Positions 11,041-22,131 of a DNA stretch of 64,000 bases are shown piece after piece; positions within the stretch are counted from its first letter, which is position 1; every line of letters begins with the position of its first letter. A program made the position numbers and the translations under genes. The notes under the pieces are model-generated. The model worked only from the letters and a program-made list of their open reading frames with translations. It was not told the DNA's origin and did not search any database. Source of the DNA: an uncultured Rhodospirillaceae bacterium (GTDB lineage Bacteria > Pseudomonadota > Alphaproteobacteria > Rhodospirillales > Defluviicoccaceae); NCBI GenBank assembly GCA_964630265.1, contig CAZVRW010000006.1, forward strand, positions 753 through 64,752, given 5' to 3'.

Positions 11041-11602
11041 AGCCGGGCAGCCCGAATTCACCCGGCCGCTTTCAACGGAGACCCTCGCGGCGTCCGGCCG
11101 GGCGTTCCAGATCACGGCGGAACCGGCGGAGCGGGACGCCCTGGCCCGGCGGTTCCAACTGGTCGCCATCGACCGCCTCGCCGTCGCGGGCGACCTCATC
11201 CCCAGCGGTCGCGCCGGCGCCGTACGTCTCAGAGCTCGGCTCATCGCCGATGTCACCATGCAGTGCGTGGTGACACTCGAGCCGGTTCAACAGCATATCG
11301 ACGTCCGCTTCGAGCGCCTCTTTGATCCGACGATGGTCGACGAGTGGTCGGGACGTGGCGTCGAGGTGATGCTGTCGGCGAGCGATGACGATGATCGCGA
11401 GCCGTTGGTCGATTCGATGGTCGATCCGGCGATTGCCGCGGCCGATCAGCTGGGACTGGAACTGCCGCAGTTTCCGCGGTCTCCCGCAGCCGTTTTCCCG
11501 GGCTTCGACAGCGAATCTGCGGAGGATAGCGGCCGGCATCCGGGACCGGGACCGTTCGCCGACCTGGCTGCTCTGGCTCGGAAGTCCTCGGAAGGTCGCT
11601 AA
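11033..11602 (+). CDS. yceD: YceD/DUF177 family protein
   Basis: Position immediately upstream of plsX-fabH. Internal motif QCVVTLEPV and an acidic C-terminal half. The ATG at 11033 overlaps the upstream stop. Confidence 0.7.
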   Translation: MSEAGQPEFTRPLSTETLAASGRAFQITAEPAERDALARRFQLVAIDRLAVAGDLIPSGRAGAVRLRARLIADVTMQCVVTLEPVQQHIDVRFERLFDPTMVDEWSGRGVEVMLSASDDDDREPLVDSMVDPAIAAADQLGLELPQFPRSPAAVFPGFDSESAEDSGRHPGPGPFADLAALARKSSEGR

Positions 11603-11862
11603 GCGGGTTGCCCTTACGGGGAAATCCGATTAACTACGGCATCGGTGGAGGAGCGGTCGCGGAGAGCCCCGACGATCCGGGGTAGGGTTCGGCCCGCGCG
11701 GCACGTGCCCCGGCTGTTTCGCGGTCTTCCGTTCGTGCTTCGACGCCGCGCAGCGTACCGGTTTCGATGTGTACGCTAGCATACCGTCCCCGTCGTCCCG
11801 GCGGGATGTCTGGTCCCGGCGGCTGGCTGGTTTCGAGGCGGGCTTTCAGGTTTCGTACAAAC

Positions 11863-12915
11863 GTGTCCAAAACGATCTGCATTGCCGTCGATGCCATGGG
11901 CGGGGACCACGCCCCGCGAATGGTTGTGGCGGGTCTCAACACCGCCCTGAAGCGCCGGCCCGACACACGATTTCTGTTGTTCGGCGACGCCGACGGCATC
12001 CAGACGCTGTTGCGACGCAATCCGAGGGTGCGGCGTGCCTCCGAAGTGCGGCCGACATCGACGGTCATCGCCAGCGGTGAAAAGCCGTCCTCGGCGCTGC
12101 GCGGTGGGCGGGACAGCAGCATGCGCCGTGCCATCGATGCGGTGGTTAACGGCGAGGCGGACGCAATCGTCTCGGCGGGCAACACCGGCGCCCTGATGGC
12201 CATGGCGAAATACGTGCTGCGCACGCTGCCCGACATCGACCGTCCGGCCATCGCTTCGCTGTGCCCGACCAAACGTGGCAGTTCGGTGATGCTCGATCTC
12301 GGCGCCAACGTCGAATGCTCGGCCGAGAATCTGGTCCAGTTCGCGGTGATGGGTGAAGTGTTTGCCCGCACTTTGCTCGGCCTCGAGCGCCCGAGCGTCG
12401 GTCTTCTCAATATCGGCGAGGAGGAGGTGAAGGGGAATGAGGCGGTCAAACAGGCAGCGGCGATTCTGCAGCAGCACCACCATCGTTTTCGCTTCCACGG
12501 TTTCATCGAGGGCAACGACATCGGCGAAGGCGTGGTCGACGTGGTCGTCACCGACGGCTTCACCGGCAACGTTGCGTTGAAAACCATGGAAGGCACGGCC
12601 CGTCTCTGCAGCCACATTCTGCGCGGCACGCTGACCAACTCCTGGCTGGCGCGGCTCGGCGCCTTGCTCGCCCGCCCGTCGTTGCGCCGCATGCGCAAGC
12701 GCGTCGATCCGCGATCCTACAATGGGGCGATGTTCCTCGGTCTGAACGGGGTCTGCATCAAGAGCCACGGTGGCACCGATGCCCTCGGCTTCGCCAATGC
12801 GGTCGATTTGGCGATCCGGCTGGTGCGCGACCGGGTGATCGATGGGATTCGCGAGGACTACGAGCTGATGCGTGGGGCCCGCCCCGAAATCACGAGCCTC
12901 GCGTCCAACTCATGA
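11863..12915 (+). CDS. plsX: Phosphate acyltransferase PlsX
   Basis: [34 protein letters not shown] and [15 protein letters not shown]. The GTG at 11863 is the first start consistent with the conserved N-terminus. Confidence 0.92.
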   Translation: MSKTICIAVDAMGGDHAPRMVVAGLNTALKRRPDTRFLLFGDADGIQTLLRRNPRVRRASEVRPTSTVIASGEKPSSALRGGRDSSMRRAIDAVVNGEADAIVSAGNTGALMAMAKYVLRTLPDIDRPAIASLCPTKRGSSVMLDLGANVECSAENLVQFAVMGEVFARTLLGLERPSVGLLNIGEEEVKGNEAVKQAAAILQQHHHRFRFHGFIEGNDIGEGVVDVVVTDGFTGNVALKTMEGTARLCSHILRGTLTNSWLARLGALLARPSLRRMRKRVDPRSYNGAMFLGLNGVCIKSHGGTDALGFANAVDLAIRLVRDRVIDGIREDYELMRGARPEITSLASNS

Positions 12916-13895
12916 CAATACGCCGGTCCAAGGTTCTCGGGTGCGGTGCCTATCTGCCGGACCGCATCGTCACCAACGCCGAGTTGTCGAACGACGTCGG
13001 ATCTTCGGACGAGTGGATCGTCCAGCGAACGGGGATCCACCAGCGGCACATCGCCGCCGCCGGACAGATGACGTCGGATCTCGGCGCTCGGGCGGCGGAG
13101 CGGGCCCTCGCCGCCTCGGGCGTCGACGCCGAAGGCGTCGACCTCATCATCGTCGCCACGACCACGCCGGACCACACCTTCCCGGCCACGGCGACCCGGA
13201 TCCAGAGTGAGATCGGCGCCATTGGCGGCGCGGCCTTCGACGTTCAGGCCGTTTGTGCCGGCTTCGTCTTCGGTCTCGCCGTCGCCGACAGCTTCCTCAA
13301 GACCGGACTGGCGCGAACGGCCCTGGTGATTGGCGCGGAGACGTACTCGCGGATCCTCGACTGGGAGGACCGGTCGACGTGCGTGCTGTTCGGCGATGGC
13401 GCCGGTGCCGTCGTCCTGCAGGCGACCGAGATCGACGAGGCCGACGCCGCCTCGGCGCGCGGGCTGTTGTCGGTGCATCTCCACAGCGACGGCCGCTACC
13501 GGGACATCCTTTACGTTGATGGCGGACCGTCGTCGACGCAAACCGTCGGCCACCTGCGGATGACCGGCAAGGAAGTGTTCCGCCATGCCGTCACCAATCT
13601 CGCCGCGGTATCGCGCGAAGCCGTGGAAGCCTGCGGCATGACCATGGCCGACGTCGACTGGCTGATCCCGCATCAGGCCAACATCCGCATCCTTGAGGGC
13701 GTCGCGCGCAAGCTTGAGGTTGACGCGAGCAAGGTTATCGCTACCGTCGACCGGCATGCCAATACGTCGGCCGCCTCCATCCCGTTGGCGTTGGACGAGG
13801 CCGTTCAGGATGGCCGGATCCAGCGCGGCGACCTGCTGCTGACGCAGGCCATCGGTGGTGGGCTGTCGTGGGGCGCCGCCCTGATCCGCTGGTAG
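12912..13895 (+). CDS. fabH: 3-oxoacyl-ACP synthase III
   Basis: [15 protein letters not shown] (active-site Cys), HQANIRIL and [12 protein letters not shown]. Start ATGA-overlaps the plsX stop. Confidence 0.95.
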   Translation: MTIRRSKVLGCGAYLPDRIVTNAELSNDVGSSDEWIVQRTGIHQRHIAAAGQMTSDLGARAAERALAASGVDAEGVDLIIVATTTPDHTFPATATRIQSEIGAIGGAAFDVQAVCAGFVFGLAVADSFLKTGLARTALVIGAETYSRILDWEDRSTCVLFGDGAGAVVLQATEIDEADAASARGLLSVHLHSDGRYRDILYVDGGPSSTQTVGHLRMTGKEVFRHAVTNLAAVSREAVEACGMTMADVDWLIPHQANIRILEGVARKLEVDASKVIATVDRHANTSAASIPLALDEAVQDGRIQRGDLLLTQAIGGGLSWGAALIRW

Positions 13896-13957
13896 CCGCG
13901 ACGGCGCCAAGTCCAACAACTGCGTCACGTCATGAAAAGACCGACAAACCTTTGACA

Positions 13958-13986
13958 TTGACGGTTTTCTGGCGGGACGATACCCT
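13958..13986 (+). promoter_or_regulatory. Candidate sigma-70 promoter for ihfA
   Basis: TTGACG at 13958-13963, a 17-bp spacer, then TACCCT (TAnnnT) at 13981-13986, about 35 nt upstream of the ihfA ATG. Pattern match only. Confidence 0.3.
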
Positions 13987-14018
13987 ACACGAACGGCTGC
14001 GATCGGGGGGGGCCGGCA

Positions 14019-14333
14019 ATGGTCCAGAACACCATTACGCGTGCCCACTTGAGTGAGGCTGTTTACCAGGAAGTCGGTTTGTCGAGGAACGAATCGGCGG
14101 ATCTGGTGGAAGCCATCCTGGAAGAGATCGCGGCCGCTCTCGAGCGATCCGAGACCGTCAAGATCTCGTCGTTCGGCACCTTCGCGGTGCGCCAGAAGGG
14201 AAAGCGTGTCGGCCGCAATCCGAAGACCGGCGAGGAGGTCCCGATCCTGCCGCGACGGGTGCTGGTGTTTCGTGCGTCCCAGGTGCTCAAGAACCGCATC
14301 AACCAAGAGCGCTCGCCCGATACGCCCCTGTGA
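14019..14333 (+). CDS. ihfA: Integration host factor subunit alpha
   Basis: [16 protein letters not shown]..., [32 protein letters not shown] is the canonical IHF/HU fold sequence. Confidence 0.93.
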   Translation: MVQNTITRAHLSEAVYQEVGLSRNESADLVEAILEEIAAALERSETVKISSFGTFAVRQKGKRVGRNPKTGEEVPILPRRVLVFRASQVLKNRINQERSPDTPL

Positions 14334-14389
14334 GCCCTATCGCCCCTGTGAGCCCGACACGCCCTGTGAGCCCGATACGCCCCTGTGAG
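14316..14389. repeat. Four tandem copies of an 18-19 nt unit (CCCGAYACGCCCCTGTGAG)
   Basis: Units at 14316-14334, 14335-14352, 14353-14370 and 14371-14389. Unit 1 contains the ihfA stop TGA; unit 4 contains a possible GTG start of the downstream gene. Confidence 0.9.
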
Positions 14390-14390
14390 A

Positions 14391-14831
14391 ATGGCTGAAT
14401 CGTCCCTCCCGGACCCGGATGTCCGAAGATCTGCGGGCAAGTCGCCCGAAGCGTTCCGCACAATCGCCGAGGTGTCGGATGAACTCGACGTTCCGCAGCA
14501 CGTGCTGCGCTTCTGGGAGACCCGGTTCCCGCAGATCCGCCCGCTGAAGCGGGGCGGCGGCCGGCGCTATTACCGTCCTCGGGACATCGCCGCGATTCGC
14601 CGGATCCGCGATCTGCTCTACGGTCAGGGCTACACCATCCGCGGTGCCCAGAAGGTGCTGCGGGAGAACGGGGCCGAGAACGGCGCCGGCGAAGGCGCTG
14701 GGCCGGAGTGCGGTGACGCCGCCGGTGACGCCCCTAACGTCGATCTCAGCCCGGAGACGCGCGCGGCCTTGCGCGCCGTTCTCGACGACCTGGAAGAAAT
14801 CCGCCGGCTGATCGACGACCCGGGCTGCTAA
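14391..14831 (+). CDS. MerR family transcriptional regulator
   Basis: [45 protein letters not shown] is a MerR-type HTH. This is the conserved ihfA-downstream gene of alphaproteobacteria. Start is ATG 14391 or GTG 14385. Confidence 0.85.
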   Translation: MAESSLPDPDVRRSAGKSPEAFRTIAEVSDELDVPQHVLRFWETRFPQIRPLKRGGGRRYYRPRDIAAIRRIRDLLYGQGYTIRGAQKVLRENGAENGAGEGAGPECGDAAGDAPNVDLSPETRAALRAVLDDLEEIRRLIDDPGC

Positions 14832-14895
14832 AACCGGTCCTTTCCGTCGGCGTGTTGCGGCCATGGCCTGGGCGGGAGTATAGTCGCGACGGTGG

Positions 14896-14972
14896 CGGAG
14901 CGTGGCGCAGCCTGGTAGCGCACTACACTGGGGGTGTAGGGGTCGCCGGTTCGAATCCGGCCGCTCCGACCA
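14896..14972 (+). tRNA. tRNA-Pro (anticodon GGG)
   Basis: Hand-folded cloverleaf: acceptor CGGAGCG/CGCTCCG, anticodon stem CTACA/TGTAG with loop CTGGGGG, T-arm GCCGG TTCGAAT CCGGC, encoded CCA. Confidence 0.9.
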
Positions 14973-15063
14973 ACCGCCTGCATCAGCGTCCGGTCGTGGT
15001 GGAGGCTTTTGCCGGTGGCTTGGCGGCAAGACGGTATGACGATGGTAACATGAAGACGGTAAG

Positions 15064-15603
15064 ATGATCCGCTGGTTGATGGTGGCCGCGCTGTTGCTGG
15101 TATCTCTCGGCGCCGTCGGCACGCCGGTCCACGCAGCGGACATCGATCCTTTTGTCGGCCGCTATCAAGGCACCGCGATCCAGGGGGATGCCGAGGGCCT
15201 GACACGGCGGGACATCTCGGTGACGATCGAGAAGCGCAACGAAGGCTTCACCGTCAGCTGGACCACGTCGATCCCGACCAACGGCAGCTTCAGTCGCAAG
15301 TCCTACACGATCGAGTTCGAGCGGAGCAATCGTCCGAACGTCTTCGGTTCGGCGATGCGCAAGGACATGTTCGGCAACCGCGTGCCGTTGAATCCGCTGA
15401 AGGGCGATCCCTACGTCTGGGCGACGATTTATGGCGACACGCTGACGGTCTACTCCCTGCTCATCGACGAGTCCGGCGGCTACGACCTGCAACAGTACGA
15501 CCGCACTCTGACCGACGGTGGTCTTCGTCTGGAATTCTCGCGCCTGCATCAGGGGCGCGAAGTCAAACGCTTCAGTGGCGTCCTGAAGCGGGTCGACGGG
15601 TAA
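15064..15603 (+). CDS. Hypothetical secreted protein
   Basis: Sec-type signal peptide MIRWLMVAALLLVSLGAVGTPVHA/AD. I recognise no family. Confidence 0.55.
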   Translation: MIRWLMVAALLLVSLGAVGTPVHAADIDPFVGRYQGTAIQGDAEGLTRRDISVTIEKRNEGFTVSWTTSIPTNGSFSRKSYTIEFERSNRPNVFGSAMRKDMFGNRVPLNPLKGDPYVWATIYGDTLTVYSLLIDESGGYDLQQYDRTLTDGGLRLEFSRLHQGREVKRFSGVLKRVDG

Positions 15604-16030
15604 CGGTCGCCCGTACCCCGGCGCAATCTTCGTTCGATCGACCCGTCGCCGTCGATCGGACCGGAGCGTATTTCAGCCGCGCCGCCGTACCGACCACGAC
15701 CGTGAAGCCCGCATGCAGGGCGAGCAGGGCGGCCAGCGCTCGGCCGATCTCGGCCACGGCCGGGACGATTTCGATGGCGTGGACACGGCGGGCGAGTTGG
15801 CTCAGGACCGCAGCATGGGAACCGGGCCGGTGCCGATCTCGAGGTCGGTCTCGTCGCCCTGTCCCGTCGAGCAGTTTGGACATCAGCGCCACGATGAACG
15901 GCTGCGAGCTGCTTTGCCCGCAGCCAATGGGCAGCGGCCGAACGTCATCGGCTTCGCGGCGGCGACCGTCGTGCGTGCTATGCTTGGCCACCACCGACGG
16001 GACACGAGGGGAGAAGCCAACGATGGACAT
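15604..16030 (-). pseudogene. Decayed, truncated protein-L-isoaspartate O-methyltransferase paralogue
   Basis: Reads ...RPLPIGCGQSSSQPFIVALMSKLLD... then ...GSHAAVLSQLARRVHAIEIV..., compared with PLPIGFDKTISQPFIVALMTDLLD...LEVGTGLGYHAAVLASLA..V.TVEIV in the intact pcm at 45014-45682. The SAM motif (DLEIGTGP) is present only in a different frame. Both ends are cut by neighbouring genes. Confidence 0.7.
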
Positions 16031-16343
16031 GGTTCTGATCTACGTGACGACGTCATCCCGCGAGGAGGCGACGGTGATCGGGCGTACCCTGGTTGCCGAA
16101 CGCTTGGCGGCCTGCGCGAACGTGCTGGCTGGGATCACGTCGCTGTTCTGGTGGGAGGGCGCCGTCCAGGAGGAGTCCGAGGTGCCGCTCATCCTGAAAA
16201 GCCGTGCCGATCTCGTCGATCGCGTGGTCGCGCGGGTGACGGCGCTGCACAGCTACAGCTGCCCCTGCGTGGTCGCGCTGCCGATCGCCGCCGGCAACCC
16301 GGCGTTTCTCGATTGGATCGCCGGAGAGACGGCCGGCGCCTGA
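16023..16343 (+). CDS. cutA: Divalent-cation tolerance protein CutA
   Basis: VLIYVTTSSREEA..I...LV.ERLAACANV......S.FWWEG.V..E.E..LILK...HSY..P is the typical CutA1 pattern, about 106 aa. Confidence 0.88.
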   Translation: MDMVLIYVTTSSREEATVIGRTLVAERLAACANVLAGITSLFWWEGAVQEESEVPLILKSRADLVDRVVARVTALHSYSCPCVVALPIAAGNPAFLDWIAGETAGA

Positions 16344-16348
16344 CGCGG

Positions 16349-17515
16349 CTACGCCAACCTTGGCACGCAGACGGTGGCGACCGCCTGGGCGGCGATGCCT
16401 TCACCGCGGCCGGTGAACCCAAGGGCCTCCGTCGTCGTCGCCTTGATGCCGACGCGCCCCGGCGTGATGCCGAGAATGTCGGCGACGCGCGCCGTCATCG
16501 CCGCCCGGTGCGGGCCGATGCGCGGTCGTTCGGCGACGATCGTCACGTCGACGTTGACGATGTCCCCGCCCGCGGCCCGCACCCGCGCGGCGGCGTCGCG
16601 CAGGAACACGTCCGAGGCCTGGCCCTTCCACTGCGGATCGCTCGGCGGAAAATGCTGGCCGATGTCGCCGTCGGCGATCGCCCCGAGCACCGCGTCGGTG
16701 AGGGCATGCAGGGCAACGTCGGCGTCGGAGTGTCCCAGCAGACCGGCATCATGGGGCACGGCGACGCCGGCCAGCATGACGTGGTCGCCAGGGCCGAAGC
16801 GATGCACGTCGAAGCCGAACCCGGTCCGGGTCTCAGCCTTGGCCGCGAGGATCCGCGCGGCGCGATCCAGGTCGTCACGGGTCGTCACTTTCAGATTATC
16901 CTCGTCTCCCGGTACCAGCGCCACCGCCAAGCCATGGCGCTCGGCCACCTGCGCATCATCCGTGCAGTCGGTGCCGGCGAGCGCCCGGTGCGCCGCCAGG
17001 ATCTCTGCAAAGCGGAAGCCCTGCGGTGTCTGCGCCCGCCACAGGCCGCTGCGCTCGACCGTTGCGGCAATCCGTGGCGGCTCATCGCCGGGCGTGGCCC
17101 GCTTCAACGTATCTTGGACCGGGACCGCCGGGATCGCCCCGGGCCAGTTCGCCAGTCCGTCGAGAACACGGCAGATCACGTCCGCGGAGACGAACGGCCG
17201 CGCCGCGTCGTGGATCAGCACCGATCGCGGCGGTGCATCGGCCACGCTCTCCAGCCCGTTCAGCACCGACTGCTGGCGCGAGTGGCCGCCGAACGCCGGC
17301 GGCAGCAGGGGAAGCCCCGCCGTTGCCGCCCGATAGACGTCGACGGCATCGGCGGCGATCACCACGCGCACCGCGTCGACCTGCGGATGCGACAGAAAGG
17401 CCGTGAGCGTATGGCGGATCAAGGCGACACCGCCAAGCCGCTGGTATTGCTTCGGCAGTGCGGTGCCGAAGCGGCTGCCGTGTCCGCCGGCAACGATCAG
17501 GGCGAGGGTCGACAT
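16349..17515 (-). CDS. ispDF: Bifunctional 2-C-methyl-D-erythritol 4-phosphate cytidylyltransferase / 2-C-methyl-D-erythritol 2,4-cyclodiphosphate synthase
   Basis: IspD motifs ALIVAGGHGSRFG...PKQY and VLIHDAARPF. IspF motifs GFGFDVHRF and GHSDADVALHALTDAVLGA. The longer track ORF is an upstream extension. Confidence 0.93.
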   Translation of the reverse strand: MSTLALIVAGGHGSRFGTALPKQYQRLGGVALIRHTLTAFLSHPQVDAVRVVIAADAVDVYRAATAGLPLLPPAFGGHSRQQSVLNGLESVADAPPRSVLIHDAARPFVSADVICRVLDGLANWPGAIPAVPVQDTLKRATPGDEPPRIAATVERSGLWRAQTPQGFRFAEILAAHRALAGTDCTDDAQVAERHGLAVALVPGDEDNLKVTTRDDLDRAARILAAKAETRTGFGFDVHRFGPGDHVMLAGVAVPHDAGLLGHSDADVALHALTDAVLGAIADGDIGQHFPPSDPQWKGQASDVFLRDAAARVRAAGGDIVNVDVTIVAERPRIGPHRAAMTARVADILGITPGRVGIKATTTEALGFTGRGEGIAAQAVATVCVPRLA

Positions 17516-17677
17516 GCGGGCATCACCCAGGGGGGTCGTGGGCGTCGTCCCGAACGGGACAACCACCACGGTAGCCGCCGCCCGGCGTCTTGCCAAGCCG
17601 CGCATCGGCAGCTCCGCACCGGTAGCCCCCGCGGCAGGCCGTTGCACCCGCCGGCGGTTCTGCCATACTTCCGCGGC

Positions 17678-18478
17678 ATGGATTTCGTGGTTCTGAATCT
17701 CTCCGCGGTGGCGGCCATGGTGCCGGCGTCGCTCCAGGCGTTGCGCCGCTTGCCGGCGCGCGACACGCTGTTCTGGGTGCTGGTCGGCCTCGCCGCGGCG
17801 GGCGCGCTGGTGCGGGCCGGTGTCCAACTTGCCGGGCCCTGGCAGACAAGCTTCGCCGCCGCCCTCTGGGTCAGCATCGCCGCCACCTCGGTGCTGTTCC
17901 TCCTCATCGCCGCGGTCACCCCGCAAGCTTGGCGGTTGACGCCGATCGTCAGTGGCACCCTGGTCGTGCTCGGCTTGCTGGCCACCGTTTGGCAGCATGC
18001 GCCGGGACGGCCGCTGGTGGCCGGCGACGCCGAGGCCGCATGGATCGTCACCCACATCGCCGTCGCCGTTGCCACCTACGCGCTCGTGACGCTGGCGGCG
18101 GCGGCGGCGGTCGCGGCCTGTCTGCAACAGCGGGCGCTGAAACGGAAGCGGCCGACGGCCTTGACGCGGCTGCTGCCGTCGGTCAGCGATTGTGACCGCT
18201 TGGTGTTTCGGCTGCTGCTGGTGGGGGAGGCGGTGCTCGCCGTCGGCGTCGCCACCGGCCTCGCGTTGACCTGGCGGGAGACGGGGTCGCTGGTTCCCTT
18301 CGACCACAAGACCATTCTCACGCTCTTGGCCTTCGTGCTGATCGGCGGCGTGCTCCTCGCCCACTGGCGCACCGGCGTGCGCGGCCGCCAGGCGGCGCGC
18401 TACGTGCTCGTCGCCTATCTCTTGCTCACGCTCGGTTATCCCGGCGTCAAGTTCGTCACCGACGTGTTGCTGGCCTGA
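17678..18478 (+). CDS. Cytochrome c assembly (CcsA/YpjD-like) inner membrane protein
   Basis: About 266 aa polytopic protein with a C-terminal W/H-containing segment (...LAHWRTG...). Only the last third of the 921-aa track ORF is credible; the rest is antisense to ispDF. Confidence 0.55.
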   Translation: MDFVVLNLSAVAAMVPASLQALRRLPARDTLFWVLVGLAAAGALVRAGVQLAGPWQTSFAAALWVSIAATSVLFLLIAAVTPQAWRLTPIVSGTLVVLGLLATVWQHAPGRPLVAGDAEAAWIVTHIAVAVATYALVTLAAAAAVAACLQQRALKRKRPTALTRLLPSVSDCDRLVFRLLLVGEAVLAVGVATGLALTWRETGSLVPFDHKTILTLLAFVLIGGVLLAHWRTGVRGRQAARYVLVAYLLLTLGYPGVKFVTDVLLA

Positions 18479-18577
18479 CCTTCGGGCGTCGACCGCGATG
18501 TTGCATCGGAAGCAGGCAACCCGTTGCGTCTCGACGCAGATGCCTATCTAATAAGCACCTTGCGGTGGGAGTGCCGA

Positions 18578-19564
18578 ATGACGTTTCGCATTGGCGATGT
18601 TGAGTTGCGTTGGCCGGTGATCCTGGCGCCGATGTCCGGGGTCACCGACCTGCCGTTCCGCCGCCTGGTCAGCCGGTTCGGCGCCGGCCTCGTGGTGTCG
18701 GAGATGATTGCCAGCCGGGCGATGATCCAGGAGAGACGGAAGACGTTCCGGCGCTCGGTGGCGGCGCCGGACGAGCGGCCGATGGCGATTCAGATCGCCG
18801 GCTGTGATGCGCCGACCATGGCCGATGCCGCACGGCTCTGTCGTGACCAGGGCGCCGATCTGATCGACATCAACATGGGCTGCCCGGCGAAGAAGGTGAC
18901 CAACGGTGCGGCCGGGGCGGCACTGATGCGCCAGGCGTGCCGGGCGCAGGAGATTATTGCCGCGGTGGTGGCGGCGGTCGACGTGCCGGTGACCGTGAAG
19001 ATGCGCACCGGCTGGGACGATGCGTCGCGCAACGCGCCGGAACTCGCCCGGATCGCCGAGGCCTGTGGCGCGCGGGCGGTGACGGTCCACGGGCGAACCC
19101 GCTGCCAGTTCTACAATGGCCGCGCCGACTGGTCGTTCATTCGCCGGGTGAAGGAGGCGGTATCGATCCCCGTCATCGCCAACGGCGATATCTGTGACGA
19201 GGACGACGCGGTCGCCGTGCTCGCCGAATCGGGCGCCGATGCCGTGATGATCGGCCGCGGCACCTATGGTCGCCCCTGGCTGATCCGTCGGGTCGCCCGC
19301 TTTCTCGCGACCGGCCATCGCGTTGCCGATCCGTCCCTGGCCGAGCAGCGCGATGTGGTGCTCGAGCACTACGAGGCGATGCTCGAGCATTACGGTCGCG
19401 ATGTCGGCATGCGGGCGGCGCGCAAGCATGTGGCGTGGTATTCCCACGGACTTCCGGGGGCGGCGCGGTTCCGCTCGGAGATCATGCGCGAGACCGATCC
19501 GGAGACGGTGCAGGCGATGATCCACGCGTTCTATCGGCCGGCGATCGACCGTTTGGCGGCGTGA
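18578..19564 (+). CDS. dusB: tRNA-dihydrouridine synthase B
   Basis: VILAPMSGVTDLPFRRL, IDINMGCPAKKV, VTVKMRTGWD and VTVHGRTR. Conserved position upstream of ntrBC. Confidence 0.92.
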   Translation: MTFRIGDVELRWPVILAPMSGVTDLPFRRLVSRFGAGLVVSEMIASRAMIQERRKTFRRSVAAPDERPMAIQIAGCDAPTMADAARLCRDQGADLIDINMGCPAKKVTNGAAGAALMRQACRAQEIIAAVVAAVDVPVTVKMRTGWDDASRNAPELARIAEACGARAVTVHGRTRCQFYNGRADWSFIRRVKEAVSIPVIANGDICDEDDAVAVLAESGADAVMIGRGTYGRPWLIRRVARFLATGHRVADPSLAEQRDVVLEHYEAMLEHYGRDVGMRAARKHVAWYSHGLPGAARFRSEIMRETDPETVQAMIHAFYRPAIDRLAA

Positions 19565-19570
19565 GGACGC

Positions 19571-20688
19571 GTGCCTGTGCCCAAAAAGGTCGTCCAGTTG
19601 GAGCCGCCGCCCTCGCCCGAGATCGGCGCGGAGGCGATCCTGTCGGCCTTGGCGACGGCCGTCGTCGTCGTCGATGCCGCCGGGACGATCCTCTACGTCA
19701 ACGAAGCGGCGCAGGACGTCCTGCGCGGCAGCGCGGCGCACCTGCGCGGAACCCGGCTGCAGGATTTGGTGCCCGAGGACAGTCCCCTGTTTTCCCTGGT
19801 GCGGCAGGTCCTGGACGTCGGCCATCCCGTCTCCGAGAACCACGTGACGCTGTCGAGCCCGCGCATCGGCGAGCATCTGGTCAACATCCACGCGGCGCCG
19901 TTGCCGGAACTGCCCGGCGCCGTCGTCCTGTCACTGCACGAGCGCTCGATCGCGGCGCAGATCGACCGCCGGCTGACCCATCGCGGTGCCGCCCGCTCGG
20001 TCGTCGCGCTGGCGGCAATGCTGGCGCACGAGGTGAAGAACCCGGTCGCCGGCATTCGCGGGGCCGCGCAGCTTCTCGAACAGAGCGTCTCCCTGCCGGA
20101 CCGTCCGCTGACCCAGCTGATCCGCGACGAGGCCGACCGCGTGTGCTCGCTGGTCGATCGGCTGGAGGTGTTCGACTCGGGCGGGGCGATGCAGCGGAGC
20201 GCCATCAACATCCATGAGGTATTGAACCGGGTTCGCTTGCTGGCCGAGAGCAGCTTCGGCCGCCACGTGCGTTGGGTGGAGGCTTACGATCCGTCGCTGC
20301 CGGCCGTCTACGGCGATCACGATCAACTGGTGCAGGTATTCCTGAACCTGGTGAAGAACGCGGTCGAAGCGGCGCCGGAGGCGGGTGCCGAGATCGCCAT
20401 CACCACGGCCTATCGGCACGGCGTGCGGTTCGCCGCACCGGGACGCCGCGAGCGCGTCCACTTGCCGCTCATGGTCAGCATCCAGGACAATGGCGAGGGC
20501 ATTCCCGAAGACCTGAAGCCGCACCTGTTCGATCCGTTCGTCAGTTCCAAGCCAAAAGGGACGGGCCTCGGGCTGGCGCTGGTCGCCAAGATCATCGGTG
20601 ACCATGGCGGCGTCATCGAGTTCGAGAGCCGGCCGGGGCGCACCGTCTTTCGCGTCATGTTGGCGATGACTCCCCGCCGGGTTTCGGC

Positions 20689-20692
<4 letters not shown>
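19571..20692 (+). CDS. ntrB: Nitrogen regulation sensor histidine kinase NtrB
   Basis: PAS-like N-terminus, H-box [21 protein letters not shown] boxes ([23 protein letters not shown]). GTG start. Confidence 0.9.

Positions 20693-22127
<1,435 letters not shown>

Positions 22128-22131
<4 letters not shown>

Noticed and set aside
11603-11862. Expected rpmF (L32) between yceD and plsX
   Set aside because: No ORF with an L32-like sequence is present on either strand in this 260-bp gap. rpmF is commonly located elsewhere in alphaproteobacteria, so its absence is not anomalous.
14316-14389. Tandem repeats (also 58178-58273 and 3399-3452) as possible CRISPR arrays
   Set aside because: The units are directly adjacent with no spacers, are only 18-27 bp long, and two of the three lie inside coding sequence. 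No cas genes are present.
15713-17677. N-terminal two-thirds of the 921-aa plus-strand ORF
   Set aside because: This part is antisense to ispDF and overlaps cutA in another frame. Only the C-terminal membrane-protein part from ATG 17678 looks like a real protein.
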